Part shown: in pieces, positions 1 through 13,921 of the stretch
Numbering within the stretch: the stretch's first letter is position 1
Layout: each line of letters starts with the position of its first letter
Assembly: GCA_964247055.1 (NCBI GenBank)
Contig: OZ176053.1
Span: 5,084,001 to 5,148,000, forward strand
Source: Paragordius varius
Lineage: Eukaryota; Animalia; Nematomorpha
Length of the DNA stretch: 64,000 nt
Direction: 5' to 3'
The notes under the pieces: model-generated
Databases searched by the model: none
Seen by the model: the letters and a program-made list of their open reading frames with translations, nothing else
What the model was told of the DNA's origin: nothing
Program-made: the position numbers and the translations under genes

Positions 1-2370
1 TCTTTATTAATTTGGTCATCGCTTCTCTACCCAATCCTATTCTCTTTCTGATGTCAGGAGTTGAAGAGCCATCCTCTGAAAATATTGCCCCCAAAAACGA
101 TAACTGTTTAACTATTTCTATTTCTACTCCTTCTATAATAATTTTAGGCTTTTCTCCAGTACATAATATTTTGGTTTTGTTAGAGTTAAGCCATAACTCA
201 AACTTTCCTTTCGAATCTCTTCAATCAATTCCTTCAAATCATTTACACTTTCAGCTATAAGAGTGGTATCGTCTGCAAACCTTAAATTATTGAATGTTCT
301 CCCTCCTATTCTTGCTCCAATATTTTTATCATCTAACTTCCTCATTATCATTTCTGAGCACATATTGAACAGATAAGGGGATAAGCAACACCCTTGCCTG
401 ACTCCTTATAGGTATTTCGTCTGTGTCCCCCTCTGATGTTCTAATAATCGCTCTTTGTTTTACATAGAGAGAGCTAATCAATCTTATTAAGTGAGACGAT
501 ACCCCTACTAACTTTAATGTTTCCCACAAGGAATCATAGTTAATCGAATCGAAGGCTTCTGTAATCAATAAAACACATGTATAATTCTTTCTGGAACTCT
601 CTAGATGTTTCCATTATCCTTCTCATGTTTGAGATATGGTCTCTTGTGCTTTTTCCCTTCATAAATCCGGCTTGATTTTCTGGTATTTCTGACTGTATGA
701 TACTGTGCATCCTGTTTTGTATTATTTGGAAGACCTTACTAGCGTGGCTAATAAGAGCTATGTTCCGGTAGTTCTCGCACTGGAGTACATCTCCTTTTTT
801 GTATATTGGGAGATATACAGTTGATATCCAGTCGTTTGGCCACTCACATGTTTCTCACACCTTTTGACATAACTTGTGTAACGTTTCTACAGGAATAGCT
901 TCTATGAACTCTATTGGGATATTGTCTAATCCCATCGCTTTGTTGTTAGGAATTTGTTTTAAGACTAATTCAACCTCCTCTCTTAGTATATCTGGATCAC
1001 GTTCTTCTTCTTTTAATTGCAACACTTTTGATTGAGGAGCCTGATAGAGTTTTTGGGTATATTCCTTCCATCTTTCTCGTACTTCTGTTTGTTTGCACAA
1101 TATGGTGCCATTCTCCTTTTTAATCTTTTGGGATGATATATAAGGTTTGTGAGTCATTTGCTTCAGTTTCTGGAACATTGGTTGCATTAATCCTTTTTTG
1201 TTATTTAATTCCACTTCCAGACATTGTTTATTAAGAAAATCTTCATAATCTTTCCTTGTTTGTCGTTGAAATTCTTTGTTATATAATTTAACCATTTTAT
1301 TATCACCTCTTGATTTAGCTTTTCTCCGCTTTTCTGCTATCTCTTAACTCTTTTCTGATATCCATTTATTATCTTTCCTCTTTACTCTCACTTTTTCTTT
1401 TGCCACTTCATTAATAACATTTTTTATCGTCCCAATAATTGTTCTGAGCTACATTCGTTGTCCAATCTTTCTAATCTATCTTTCGTTTCTGTTCTAAAAC
1501 TATTTGGAATATTCCGAGTGTCATATCTGTATATCTGTTTAACCTTATTTTTAATTATTTTAAGTTTGATTTTGGTTACTAAAAGTTCATGATCGCTAGA
1601 GCAATCGCTGCTTTAGCTTGTTTTGGTGTCGAGTATAGAGCTTTTCCATTTTTGTTGACATATTATGTAATCAATTTGGTTCTTATATTTACCACATGGA
1701 GAGGTCCATGTGTATAACCTCCTATTGTGTTGTGGAAACCATATGTTGGTTATCATCATCTCATTTTCTTAGCAAAAATTGATCAGTGCTTCCCCGGCCT
1801 CGTTTCGTTCTCCCAATCCATATGGGGCAACTATTTGATCTACTCTACCTCTACCAACTTTGCAGTTCCAATCCCCTCCTATGATAATCATATCTCCTTT
1901 CTTCGTTTCATTCAAAACTATTTGCAACTTTGCATAAAAATCCTCTATGTCTTCTTTGGGAGCGTTTGGCGTAGGAGCATAGATTACTATGTATGTAAAT
2001 TTAAATGGCTTAGCATTCAGCCTAATACTCATGATTCTGGGTGTATATGGTGTATAACTAATATTTTTATTTAATTTTTTTTATTAATACTGCAACGCCT
2101 TCTCATTTCTGGTCATCTCTCCCCGATCTTAACAATGTATAATTTTCGTTTTGTGCTTTCGCGCTACCTTTTTGCTTGGTTTCCGTTAGACCCAATATAT
2201 CTAAGTTCAATCTTTCCATTTCCCTTTCAATTATAACCTGTTTGGTTTTTGTTAATGAACGTACGTTCCAGCATCCAACTTTGAAAAGTCGCGTTAATTT
2301 CATATAGTAAAACTATTTTTTGGCATAATAAAACGAGGGTGGTTTGCCATTGCCTTCCCTCTCACCTATC
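1..2370 (-). mobile_element. RTE/BovB-clade non-LTR retrotransposon, frameshifted; runs off the window start
   Basis: Minus-strand fragments in APE-RT order: VGCWNVRSL..DILGLTET (2103-2303), YAPT..GDWNCKVG..GERNEAGEALINFC (1769-2032), linker (855-1295), AFDSINY..LW (329-568), NLRFADDTTL (133-363). The 5' motif GGAAGGCAATGGCAAACCAC at 2339-2358 resembles BovB/RTE 5' ends. Confidence 0.93.
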
Positions 2371-3152
2371 CTCTTTACAAAATAAATATCTAGGATAATA
2401 AATAAAATAAAGTAATCTTTATAAATGTTGTCAATTTGGATAGATTATAAATATTAATATTTCACTTTGTATAGCAATCATAAAAGAAAAATATAAGGAA
2501 ATTATGGCTAGCTAGTAAAAATAAATAATAAGGCACCAAGGATTAAAGAAAAAAAAAGATAATATGTATAACAATGATTTTTGATGAATTATGAATTATA
2601 TTACTCTTTAAATTAGATAGTTAGCACACAAATAAAAAAAACTTTACAAAAAAAAGATTAAAATTACAAAAAGGAAACATATTTTTAAATATATTTATAG
2701 TATATAATAATGTAAAATAATGTTACTCTCCTTGAATGGCTTGCCGCTTTTAGTCACATGTATAAGTTATATTTGTAAATTTTTGATTTCATGCAACTAC
2801 CACAAAGTTGTTTGTTAAATGACTCGTAATCCCCCTAAAATTACCACGATAATTTGGAGACATTTTAATCACTAATACATAAAAAACGTTATATGCAAAA
2901 AATTAGTATTAAAACCATTAACTACGCTTGGAAAACCAAACGTAGCTTTAAAAAACTATTATATTAATTTATAAATATAATGTGGTAAGGTAGCGGAGGC
3001 ATGGTTAAATTTACTAAATACTAAAATAAGTAAACCCTTAAAATTTACAAAAAAAGATATTGTTTAGTAAAAGATTGGATATAAATTCCCAAAATTTTGT
3101 TATCAAATAATCTTTTTTTATTTTTCATATGCAATTTATTTTGATACTGTAG

Positions 3153-4452
3153 GATGTTGAGTTCTTAGATGTGGATCCGCCTTATTCCCAAAATGCGCCA
3201 CAACACTCTGTTCTTAATAAACTTAGACGACGTTCTAACTTTTCATCTTTAAAATCAATCACTACATCTCCAATCAAGATGGTTCAAGAGCTTAGCCATT
3301 CCTCCCGTTGTTCGAGATTGGGGACGCCTGAAATTAAAATAACATCTAATCATGAATCCGATAAATATACAAAACCAACATTGAATAATTTCTGGAAAAG
3401 AGCCATACGTCAAAATAAACAATTACCTCACCTAAAAGATATTAATGCAAATAATCAAAAATTAAAAAGTTCCAACCTTAAACAGCAATTTCTAGGGTTG
3501 GGGTTTCGTAAAGTGGATGATAATTCAAGCAAAATAACCAATAACATTACTAAAGTTGGCCACTCGACTAGCATGGAAAATGACAGTAGAAATAAAAATT
3601 GGCAAAATAGATTACCACGAAGCCATATACGTAAATCTCCCTTCGCAACCTTTATTATGTCTGATTGCTGTCGACGGAGTCCATATGATTATTCATTAGG
3701 TTCCAACAAAGGATCTCAAACACATTTAACACCAAACAAATCTGCTGCCCTGGCTGCTAAAATTAAATGCGATGCCCAAAATAATCCAACATTATCTTCA
3801 GTAACCAGAAAAGCCGATAATGTATGTTTTTATATTTAAGATTAACAGAGCCCCTTTTTGGTGAAAATTGGTTTGCAAAGATATATTAATGCCATCTTTT
3901 ACCATCATATTATAATACAGTACTGTACATTTATGCTGGCTTATTCAAATTATAGTTGATCATTTGGTAACACAGTATTGTATGGAAAAAAAACGACAAA
4001 ATGTTGAAAATAAACAATTCTTTCCAATCTTACATCACACTGTTTATTTAATTCTGAAAAAAATTCGTTTTATAACACACGCTACGCTACGGTATTATAA
4101 ATTGACCAACAATATTCTGAATAAACCAGCCGAAATGTGCATAATGTAATATCTAAAAATCTCTGAATCATAATAAATTTAAAACTATTCATAGATTCCT
4201 CACTGTTTGCCACCAATTTCAACTAAATCAGAACAAATACATTTGTTAAATACAGGATCTTCCGAAGGGTGTAGTTTAATGGACACCATAACATATACCC
4301 CTACTAAGCCATATCAGAGCAAAAAGCCATATCATATGGGCAGAAAAAAGTATAGCACGACCAGCTATCTCTCAGAACGTCAAAGTACAGCATCTGATGC
4401 AGATTTCATTGATATCGAACTCGATAACAAATTTAATAATAAAAATAATTAA
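3153..4452 (+). CDS. Uncharacterised S/K/N-rich protein; exons 3153-3821 and 4195-4452, with a possible ATG-only first exon at 3001-3003
   Basis: Acceptor TGTAG|GAT at 3153, donor AAT|GTATGT at 3822, acceptor ATAG|ATT at 4195; both phase 0, joining ORFs 3171-3839 and 4207-4452 in frame. No domain recognised. Confidence 0.6.
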
Positions 4453-6221
4453 TGTTTGTGTTAAACACCTACACTCAAAAGCATTTAATTCTATCAAATC
4501 AATTAAATGCTAATATGTGATAATTATTTATTAATCGATATATTTATAGTGTGATAAGGGTGAAGTTGGTCGTTTAGCTGTGTGATATCTAATTATTTTT
4601 TCATATCCCAATGAACATCTAAAATGGCTACTTATACTATAAATAAATTAATAAAATTCTATATAGATAAGACAAATAATATCAAATTGACTTTGTAAAA
4701 TGATTATTATTACAGAACTCTGGAAAATCTAATTTACTAACGACACATGTGTTTAACCGAGGAATCCCTACTACTATTTATTATTGCACGGTTGGTATAT
4801 ATTTTTATTTAATAAACAATTTTAAAATATTGCTCTGTTCATTAAAGAATGTAGATGCTAAAAATTAGAGCACTGAACCATTAAACATCATTCGAAATAA
4901 ACACAGTTTTTTATTTTATTCTTGGATCATCCCTAATATTTATTAAGTAATTGACACTTATGGAAAAATATTTTTTAGCACTTTTAACTTTTAGTGGTTT
5001 TTAAAATTTGATTTATTTTATTTTTTATTTATAAATAATTAATTTTTTACTCTAATTAATTTTAAATGAATCACAGCTTAATCATAGATGCATAAATTTG
5101 TTTAAAAAAAAATAATCATATGCTATGATAACACTTGATTACAATTTCATTTTTTTATGAGCGAAGACATTTTGGAATTACCCCCAGACCTTAAATTAAG
5201 AAACAAACAACTGTTTCAAAATTGTTTTAGTTAAAATTTAATTATCAAGACCGCTTCTCCTGTATTATAATAACTTATAGTGTTTCAGTTTTTTAACTTC
5301 CATAGTCCCGAATTCGGATAGCTCCAAAACATAATCGAATACAGTTGTATTAAAATTAATAAATACCGAAAAGTTGGTGGTAAATTTTAATTTGAAAGCC
5401 TTCCAAAGTTAATTATTTATTCTTTAACCATATTTGCCTGTTGTATTAGCGATTTAAAAAAATTGTAACAAAATCTTGGCGAAAAAATTTGAGATAATAA
5501 TTTTTTACATTAGGTTAAAGATAACATGTTAAATTTGGCCCACTAAAAATATTTTTGAGTTTGATTTAAATGGCCCTGAGGTATAAAATTAACCCAAAAG
5601 ATCATCAAGTGTTGATTATTTATGGAATTTTAAATATTAATGGATAAACAAAAAACGTAAATTTTTTTTCAGTTTGCATCATAAATAATATTTAAAACCA
5701 AATGCACCATTTGTGATGCATTTTTATCAGAATAGATAGATATTATTTATATAAATAAATATTTAAAGTCTCTAAAATTTGGGGATACTTCGTGTACCTT
5801 TTGAGAGACTAATTTCATTAGAATTGATGATGGGCCTCTCACAATTCAAAAAAATTGGAGGTCAAACGCCATATAAAAAGTATAAATACTACAAAAAAAT
5901 AAAAAACGGCTGTTATTTTTGGATAAACCTTTCTTGCTAAAATTCAAAATGCCTAAACTTTGCACTATATGTTGGCACATGGCAAAATAGGGAGTTATAA
6001 CATACCTTGATTGCTGCTGCTATATATTGTCTGACAGAACAGAATTCTTATAATGCTTTGGTTTTTGGCTTTACAAGTGATAGAAAGTTCGCAACATTTT
6101 TTGGTCATTGATCGATTAAAAAAAATTTGCGCATTAAGCTAGATAGCATTTTTTTGTTGAAAGCTGCATGTTACTCCTAATCTTTTCATGTACATTGGGT
6201 CACCTGATAATATATATATAT

Positions 6222-7712
6222 ATATATTCTGATAAGAAAATGATCAGGATTATCAAGGTGCTTTTGGATATGATTCCTTCGAGTGAAGAAAGTTATTTAC
6301 ACTTAATCCCTAAGAAAAGCTAAACAATATCTTTAAAAAATTTTAATTTTTGACTCCCGAATTTTTTCGCTCTTCTAATATGGGCTAGTTATTTAATAAT
6401 AAAGGCAAAAATGCCAATATTTCGCGATAAATCTTTTCAATACATGCTAAATTTTAATCTACAAAAAATATTTTATGAAAAACTATACTTTTAAAAATTT
6501 TATTTTTAGGAAATTTTGTTAAAGTATTCATACTATCTTGAGACATGATGGAAACGGAATAAACGTTGGATATGAAAAAATACTTAAATTGATCGAACAT
6601 TTCTATCGCTTCACTTAAATTTAAAGGTCTTTTAGATTAAATTTAGCTGAATTTATGTAAAAAAATATTTTTTTAACATAAATTTGAAGGCGAACAAATA
6701 TAATCAAAATAGGTGATAGAAATGTTCATATCGAATTATATAGAAAAAGTGTTTATATACCTTAAATCGTTTTTATACTGTTTTTATCATGCCAATGTAT
6801 GAAGTACGCGCCAATAAAATTTTAAAAAAGTATTAACACTTCGATTCAAATTGGGGTATCTAAATTACCCAGACTATATTTAAGTTGGTAATTTTAAAAT
6901 AGTGACAGAAACAGTCCAATTAAAAGTTATGCCTCTATCCTATTTAAAATTATATAAATAAGCCTTAAGATCTAAATAAAATTTAGTTATAAAAAAAGTT
7001 CCATATAAAACTACTTCGAAGCCATTTTTATTTTGCAAAATTCTTGCAAAATATCAGGTTCATTTAATTTATAGGCTAAAATTATCTAATTTTTATTTAA
7101 ACTACATCTAACTATAATCGAATCGGAAAAAGTGGTTGATATTGCTTTAATTTTAAATTTAGCCAATGCACACATGTCATTGACTAAATTTTTACATTTG
7201 AGTTTTACATTAAAATAAGTCATATCAAGTTTTTTGAAAAAAAATTATATATCGCTTTACTAATGTTATATAAATCCAAACCTTTGCCATGGTTTTAATT
7301 TATACATATTTTTGAGTATTTGATTCTAAACAGCCTAAGGTCTCCAACTACCCCAATTATCGAAGGACTGAAATTAATGTGTTGTATCCTAGTGTTAAAA
7401 TAATTTTTTTTGTCAAAATTTAGTATATATTTAAAATTATATTGCGAATCCCGGCATTTTTACGTTTATTTTAAAAACCTAGCCCATTTTAGAGCAAACT
7501 AAAATTTAGAATTTTGATTATTGCTTTGCTTTTTATAATTAGAGTTATTTTTAATTTAGTTTTTGCCAAAATTTTTTATTTAAAATCACAAATTTTGCCA
7601 GTTCTTAACGGAGCACTTATCTTAGGAGTGTAAATAACTTTCTTATATAATTCGTAAAGGCCAAAACTAAAACACCTGAGAATCATCATACATTTTCCTA
7701 TCAGAATATATA
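6222..7712. mobile_element. Degenerate foldback (palindromic) non-autonomous element interrupted by a TTAA-flanked MITE
   Basis: 6222-6310 (TTCTGATAAGAAAATGATCAGG..AAAGTTATTTACAC) is inverted relative to 7620-7712; TGGGCTAG/CTAGCCCA and AAAAATGCC/GGCATTTTT also pair. There is an internal foldback core at ~6510-6830. The same arms recur at 29.4-31.9 kb. Confidence 0.6.
6837..7394. mobile_element. TTAA-flanked (piggyBac-like) MITE, ~558 bp
   Basis: TTAA at 6833-6836 and 7395-7398; termini CACT..AGTG with subterminal TTCGAT..AATTGGGGTA motifs. A second copy lies at 60825-61381 in the opposite orientation. Confidence 0.75.
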
Positions 7713-8599
7713 ATTTTAGCAGGTTTATATTTTGTGGATACTGTGTTTATTTGTAAATTGGGGTAGTTTTGCATTACTATCAAACTTTCAAACAGACTAC
7801 TCTTTAAAATATTGTTTTATTTTAATTGAACCGTTTCCTATATTAAATTGTTTATATTTACAATTTAACTTTGAAAGAGTTAATCTGAACAGGTCCAAAA
7901 CACAATTGAAAGAACCAGCTCATTTCATGATCGATAAATGAAATATTACTGGTAAAATATAATTAGAAATCTTTCTTAAGTTAGTGATTTTCACTTTGAA
8001 CACTTGGGTACCACACAATCATTTTACTACTTCGATTCCATCGGGGTAACTAGTGACCCACGCCTGTATAAAAGGATATATTTCAAAACGGATAATTTTA
8101 TATGGCAAAAGTTTGCACTTATATTAGATTGTACCTAAATATAATAAAAGATTCATCTAAAAAACTAGAAATATATTTATATATTTTAATATAGATTTTT
8201 GGCATTGTGTAATATGTTATAATTTTGCCATTTTTCCATATAGATTAATTACTAAAATAAGGTAAAATTATATTTCAGACGTAAGCCCTAAAGCTGCATA
8301 AACTTGGTGTCAAAATATATATATTGAGGTGTAAGTTAAGGATTACCAATTTTGCCACTGTCCCAAAAGCTGGATATTTTTTATGCAATTTATCACGCAA
8401 ACATCAGTTTTTTATATAACCATATGTTTAAGCTATAATCTTAATGGATTTCAATGTCGAGGTTATTTTTGTAATTTTATTTTATTTGTTGGCCTATATA
8501 CATAACTTTATATAATAGGTAGGGACTCCATATCACAATAATACAATAATATAACACAAAACAACGATATAAGCGTGTCTTGTTTCTAAAATTATTAAT

Positions 8600-11500
8600 A
8601 TGGAATCCCGTAAGTATATTGAAAAAACGTTCCATCCAAAAGTTCATAATCCCTTTCATGATTACACAAGCCATTTAGGCTATCAAAATTTAGATGCCAT
8701 AGATTCTGTTGCTCATTCATCGAATAGTTTACCCAAGCTTAATATAAGCGAATCTGCAAATGATGTATCAGACAAATCACCATCATTAGATTATGAAGAC
8801 TATGATGATACAAATGAAATGCTTGGTCCTGATTTTGAAGTTCGCAGAACTTTAAGCTTAAAATCCACACGTAGTGCTGCTGGTAGCCCTCTGTCCAAGG
8901 GTGACAAAAAAGTCGTAAGATTTGCAGACAGTTTAGGACTCGATCTTGAAGTCGTCCGCATGTATCCAGATATGGATCAACCACCCCCTATGGATGTTGT
9001 TGCTGCGACGGCTATGAAAGCTTTAGCTGCTCCAAACCAACTTCAATCCATAATGGCAGCCGAACCTCATGATTACGAATCTATAGCTCATCCTGGTAAA
9101 ATTAATTTTTATAAAAAAGTGTGTAGCTACTAAAAATTTCATGTTGTTTAGGTAATCGATAACACATACAAGGCTTTAAAATAAAACTTAAATAATTTAT
9201 AAGTTATTCGGCAAAATATTACCTAATGAGATATACGGCTAATTATATTCCATTTTTATCAAACTATAGCATAACAATAATTTAATCTTTATTCAGTTTT
9301 ATACGTATCTTTATCATATCATGCCTAAATATCTAACTGTTAATATATGTTACCATTTTAAATTCATTTTTTTTGAGGTAATATATAGACGAAATTAATT
9401 TTTATTAGATATTACACTTCCCCAACCTCCACCCCAACTCCATAAACGCGTTTCCGAAGACAGAGCCGCGGCTCTTGCCTCTGGTGGTACAGTGCCACAA
9501 CAAAGTTCGTCTACGTCCCCATCATCAAATGAACAAACTATCTCTGTTGGTAAATCAACGACAACAGAAGATTCAATTCCTACAACTATACATTTATTCA
9601 CTCGGCCACATCGGAAACCACCTCAACCGCTAACCGGGCCCCATAACACTTCCATATCGCCAATAAAGGCAACAGACGTGGCTGTTATAACGTCACCCAA
9701 CCTGCCATTTTTCCCGTTTGGGGATTACATTTATCAACAAAACATGAAAAACTTGATGATGATGCCTACGCCCCTTACACAAAAACTTGCGTCATCAACT
9801 TCTGCTACACATGGTACAAGTAATCAACCCAAAAATTATTTTTTCTCACCCTATGATCACTTATCATTCCCTATGAGACACATAAAAATTGGGACTTCCT
9901 TGACCGGCAAATATTTGTACCCTACGTTTCCGCAACCCGGGAAAGCTTACAATTTTCTTAAACGCGTAAAAGATCAAAAGGTTAGCAACATTAATGTTTT
10001 TCTATTATTCAAACAAAAAATGTGTTTTGTCTTGTCTAACTAAGATCATTAATCATAAATAGTTTGCTATATAAATTTATTTTGATATTTATTAATTATT
10101 ACTAAATTATAAATTTATACATTTATGCGATGATTAATCATGAATGAGTTGAAGTATATAGTGTAATAATTCTTAAATATAAATGATTAAATTTTAAAAC
10201 AACAATAAATTTATCGGATATTTTTGGTGCACAAATGTCGCGTTTATCATCATTAGAGAATTTATTTTTACATATCATAATTCTTTATAATATTCTATAT
10301 TTTCATATTTGTAAACACTAACAATTATGTTAAATCTATCAAAATATGTTATAGGAAGGATTGTGATCCTAATATCCTGTTATATTTTTTCATTCATATC
10401 TCGCTGTTATGTATGTGTGCAGTATTGATTTTAACCTAACATAACGTAAAAAATATATTGTTTCACAACAATATTTATTTTACAATTGTATTATTTAAAA
10501 GTATTTGTCTAATTCATATATTTATAAAATGAAATCCTAGGTATATATTATTTGAATATTTCATTTCTTATCTACTGCCAACATTTACAAAACTTAAGAA
10601 ACTTTCATAAAAACAAAATACTTTTTTTGGTCTCCAATTACCTTTAACAGCAATAATATAAAATCATTTCAAATTCTTTTTCTATTGAAATAATGTGAAT
10701 AATTGCATCTTGTGTTGGTTGACCTTGAAAAATTTACATTGATATAATTTTTACTGGATCTTTCTAAAATGTCACATATTGGCAAACCATGTGACATAAT
10801 TGTTCAATTATTTATATCTCAGCTTCTTGTACCGAGTCAAAATTATAAATTGGAGTTTTATTTTATTTTAAAAATTAGAAAAGGGCACAGTTCTGGTTAT
10901 TTTCATTATCAAAATTTTGAAACCGTTATTTTTGAAAAGCAGAGAAAAAAATTGGAATGGCCCTAGTTATGGCCCAGATTTCAATTTTTAAACAACAAAG
11001 TCTTATTGAATTGAACGGATTGCATATTAATTTATTTATGGATCAACTGCCATAATATTGTTGATATGAAATGTCTGTGCTTATTTTATGAAGTTTTTTT
11101 TCTTCTAAAAATTTTTAATTTATTTTGATGATTAAAAATTTGCTGCTTCCAGAAATACCATGATTTTTTTATTTTTTGCAATTTACGATTATATTAAGCG
11201 ATCCTATATCTAAACTAATAAATTATTAATTAGAATTTTACTGTGTACATATAGTATTACGTTACTTTTTTGAACCTTAGAGACTGGTGTCAGAAGGTTA
11301 TCGCTACAATATATACTAATCAAAATATAATTAAAATTTGTATAATGATTTATTAAAATTTGCGTGCGAATCAATCTTATAAATGTTATATTTTCTGTAA
11401 TATGAATGTCATAATTAACGAGAAATTTTACTAATACAAGCAGTATTAATTCGGAAACATTTTAAGAATACATATTTTTTGGAGTTTTAATTATAAATTT

Positions 11501-13921
11501 TTTTTCATATAATGAATATTTGTATATGTTTAATTTACAGTTTGTTATTTCTACCGTCTAAAATTTATTTTTGAAACACTTATTAGTGGCTTAAAACTTC
11601 TAAATAATGTAGTTGAGGGGGAAGTTAGTTTAATTGTGAGATCAAGTATATTTATTGAGTATTTTAGCACTATCGGTATTTTAAAATAGCATGACCTTAA
11701 TTTTTCGAATTCGGTTATATAAATAATATAGCCGTAACATTTATTCAATCATAGACGAATATTTTTATATAGCTATAATTTATGTAATTTGCCTGAAAAA
11801 GTTTTAATTTTGGTAGATTATGTTACCTTATGTTGGCACACTCTGCTAAAATCTTTGACGATTATAAACAAATATAGACTCAATTAATATTTAGTTAGTT
11901 ATAAATTTTTATCAAATTTAAGTTAAATTTATAAATTTTGACCAAAGTGCCGATATTATGCAACGTGATTTCAGATTTTTCTACCCCTTGTTGTCAAAAT
12001 TAAGGCAAAATAGTAATAATTAGCTGTTTGACGCAAATTATTTTTTGCAATTTTTTATATGGCCTTTGATTTACCATTTTTTTCGGATTATATTATCATT
12101 TACTCATCAAATTATTAAATTCAAAACTTACTAAATGGATATGATAGACTATATATGACCATGATTACATATTTTTTGCATAGGTTTGTTTGGAGGAAAT
12201 AACTTTCAAATCCGACAAATGTATGATATCTGGCCTGGTTCGCGTGGAAAATGTATCCTTTCATAAAACGGTTTATGTACGTTACACAGTTGATAATTGG
12301 ATCACACAATCCGATCATATGTGCACATATGTTCCAGGATCTACAGTCACATCACCGCTTTACCCTCCTGAAGCGCCCACGGGCACGGATAGTTATGAAA
12401 ATTGGAGGTTTATTTATGCAAAGCTTTTAAAATGTTCTTTTGATTATTAGTGCTGTTAGATAGGAAAAAATCATTTTATACATATAATTGTTACGATGAC
12501 ACGTTTTGGTATTTTTCGAACCAACTTTAAAACTAATATTGCTTAACTGATAAGTTACGCGTGTTTAAGACAATAGTTTCATTTATCAATAATTATTGTT
12601 TCAGGAAACGCTTTAATTACTCTATTTACCATTTTTTATAATAAATTGTATTTTACATTTATTTTTTACCCCATATATAATAATGTTATGTCCAGTATTA
12701 AAGGTTTTTTTAACTTAAAAAAATTCGTAAAATATGATTATAATGTTGGCAATCTAGGGCTCGCGACCCAAACTTGGCTCGCCAAAGCAATTAAAAAATA
12801 ATTTTTAAATTTTTAATTGAAAAGGAGTGCAAAATTGCTTAATCTAAGTCACATTTATTATTATGTACATGTAAAATTAAAAAAAAAATTTTTCCATTTT
12901 ATTAATATATTAATATTGGTATAGATTAATATTTTATTTATATTTTTGAGCGTAGGCTCGCTAAAATTTTCTATTTTTAAAAACGGCTCACCTCCAAAAA
13001 AGGTTGCTGGCCCCTGGTTTATTCAAAAATTTACTTTCTCTTATTAATTCCAAAATTAAATTTTTTGTCTATTGATACTATAGATATTCCTCTCCAGATC
13101 CCCTAAGTTCTTCCGACATTAAAACCGAGCGTCTATCTCCCGTGCCACATTCATCGGCTAAATTAGCTGGTCGAGAAAAATTGTCCATGGATGACAAAAC
13201 AACAAAATGTTGCTCATCACCTAGTTATTCTAATCCATCTAGTCTATCCAAAGACCCGAATTCGAAGCCTTCTCAACAGGGCCGTACAATGCCTGAAAGT
13301 CGAGGCGCAAATACCCCTAGTGGGACGTGTGGAGAAACTATTTGCACGGACAAATTTACATTTGACATTGTCATTCCTTTTAGCCTTAGCGTCGGTGCTG
13401 ACATGTATTTAGCCATAGTGTATCGCACAAACGGTAAAGAGTATTGGGACAATAATCAGGGTCGCAACTATCAACTACGATGCTATGCCCAACCCATTAA
13501 ACCCGACAATAAGGACGCATCGGATGATCACCAAAAACGAGGTGGAGGCGATGATCGCGGTGGTGGAGGTCCACCCTCTGGAAAACCATCTAATCGATCA
13601 CAAACAAATTCTCAATCTCAATCATCCAATAATAATTCCCAAGGCTCCTCCAAGCCTTCATCCTCCAATGATCGTAGCAATCTCAGCGATGATTCCAAAG
13701 GTAGTCGAACCATAGCCATTGGCAATCACGGTGACGGGACGATTTGCTTATCTCGTCCCTATTTCATCGAGCGTGCCATAAAATGGATCCAATCTGCCAC
13801 AACATTTAAACAAAACAATTACAATAATAATAATGATACATTATTATTATGGTTCCAACAACATAGGTATTGTCTACATATTTTGGCTTTAATTATGTTT
13901 GGCAGTAGATCAATCACATGA
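8600..13921 (+). CDS. PPP1R3: Glycogen-targeting protein phosphatase 1 regulatory subunit 3 (CBM21 domain), ~709 aa; exons 8600-9095, 9409-9980, 12184-12407, 13084-13921
   Basis: RVxF-type motif KKVVRFADSLGLDL; FLKRVKDQK|VCLEE; CBM21 motifs GLVRVENVSFHKTVYVRYTVDNW, DKFTFDI and AIVYRTNGKEYWDNNQGRNY. Splice phases 1, 0, 2 are consistent and the total 2130 nt is divisible by 3. Confidence 0.92.
12745..13016. mobile_element. Decayed hAT-like MITE in PPP1R3 intron 3
   Basis: Right end AGGTTGCTGGCCCCTG (reverse complement CAGGGGCCAGCAACCT, a typical hAT terminus); GGCTCGC subterminal motifs; left end degenerate. Confidence 0.4.
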
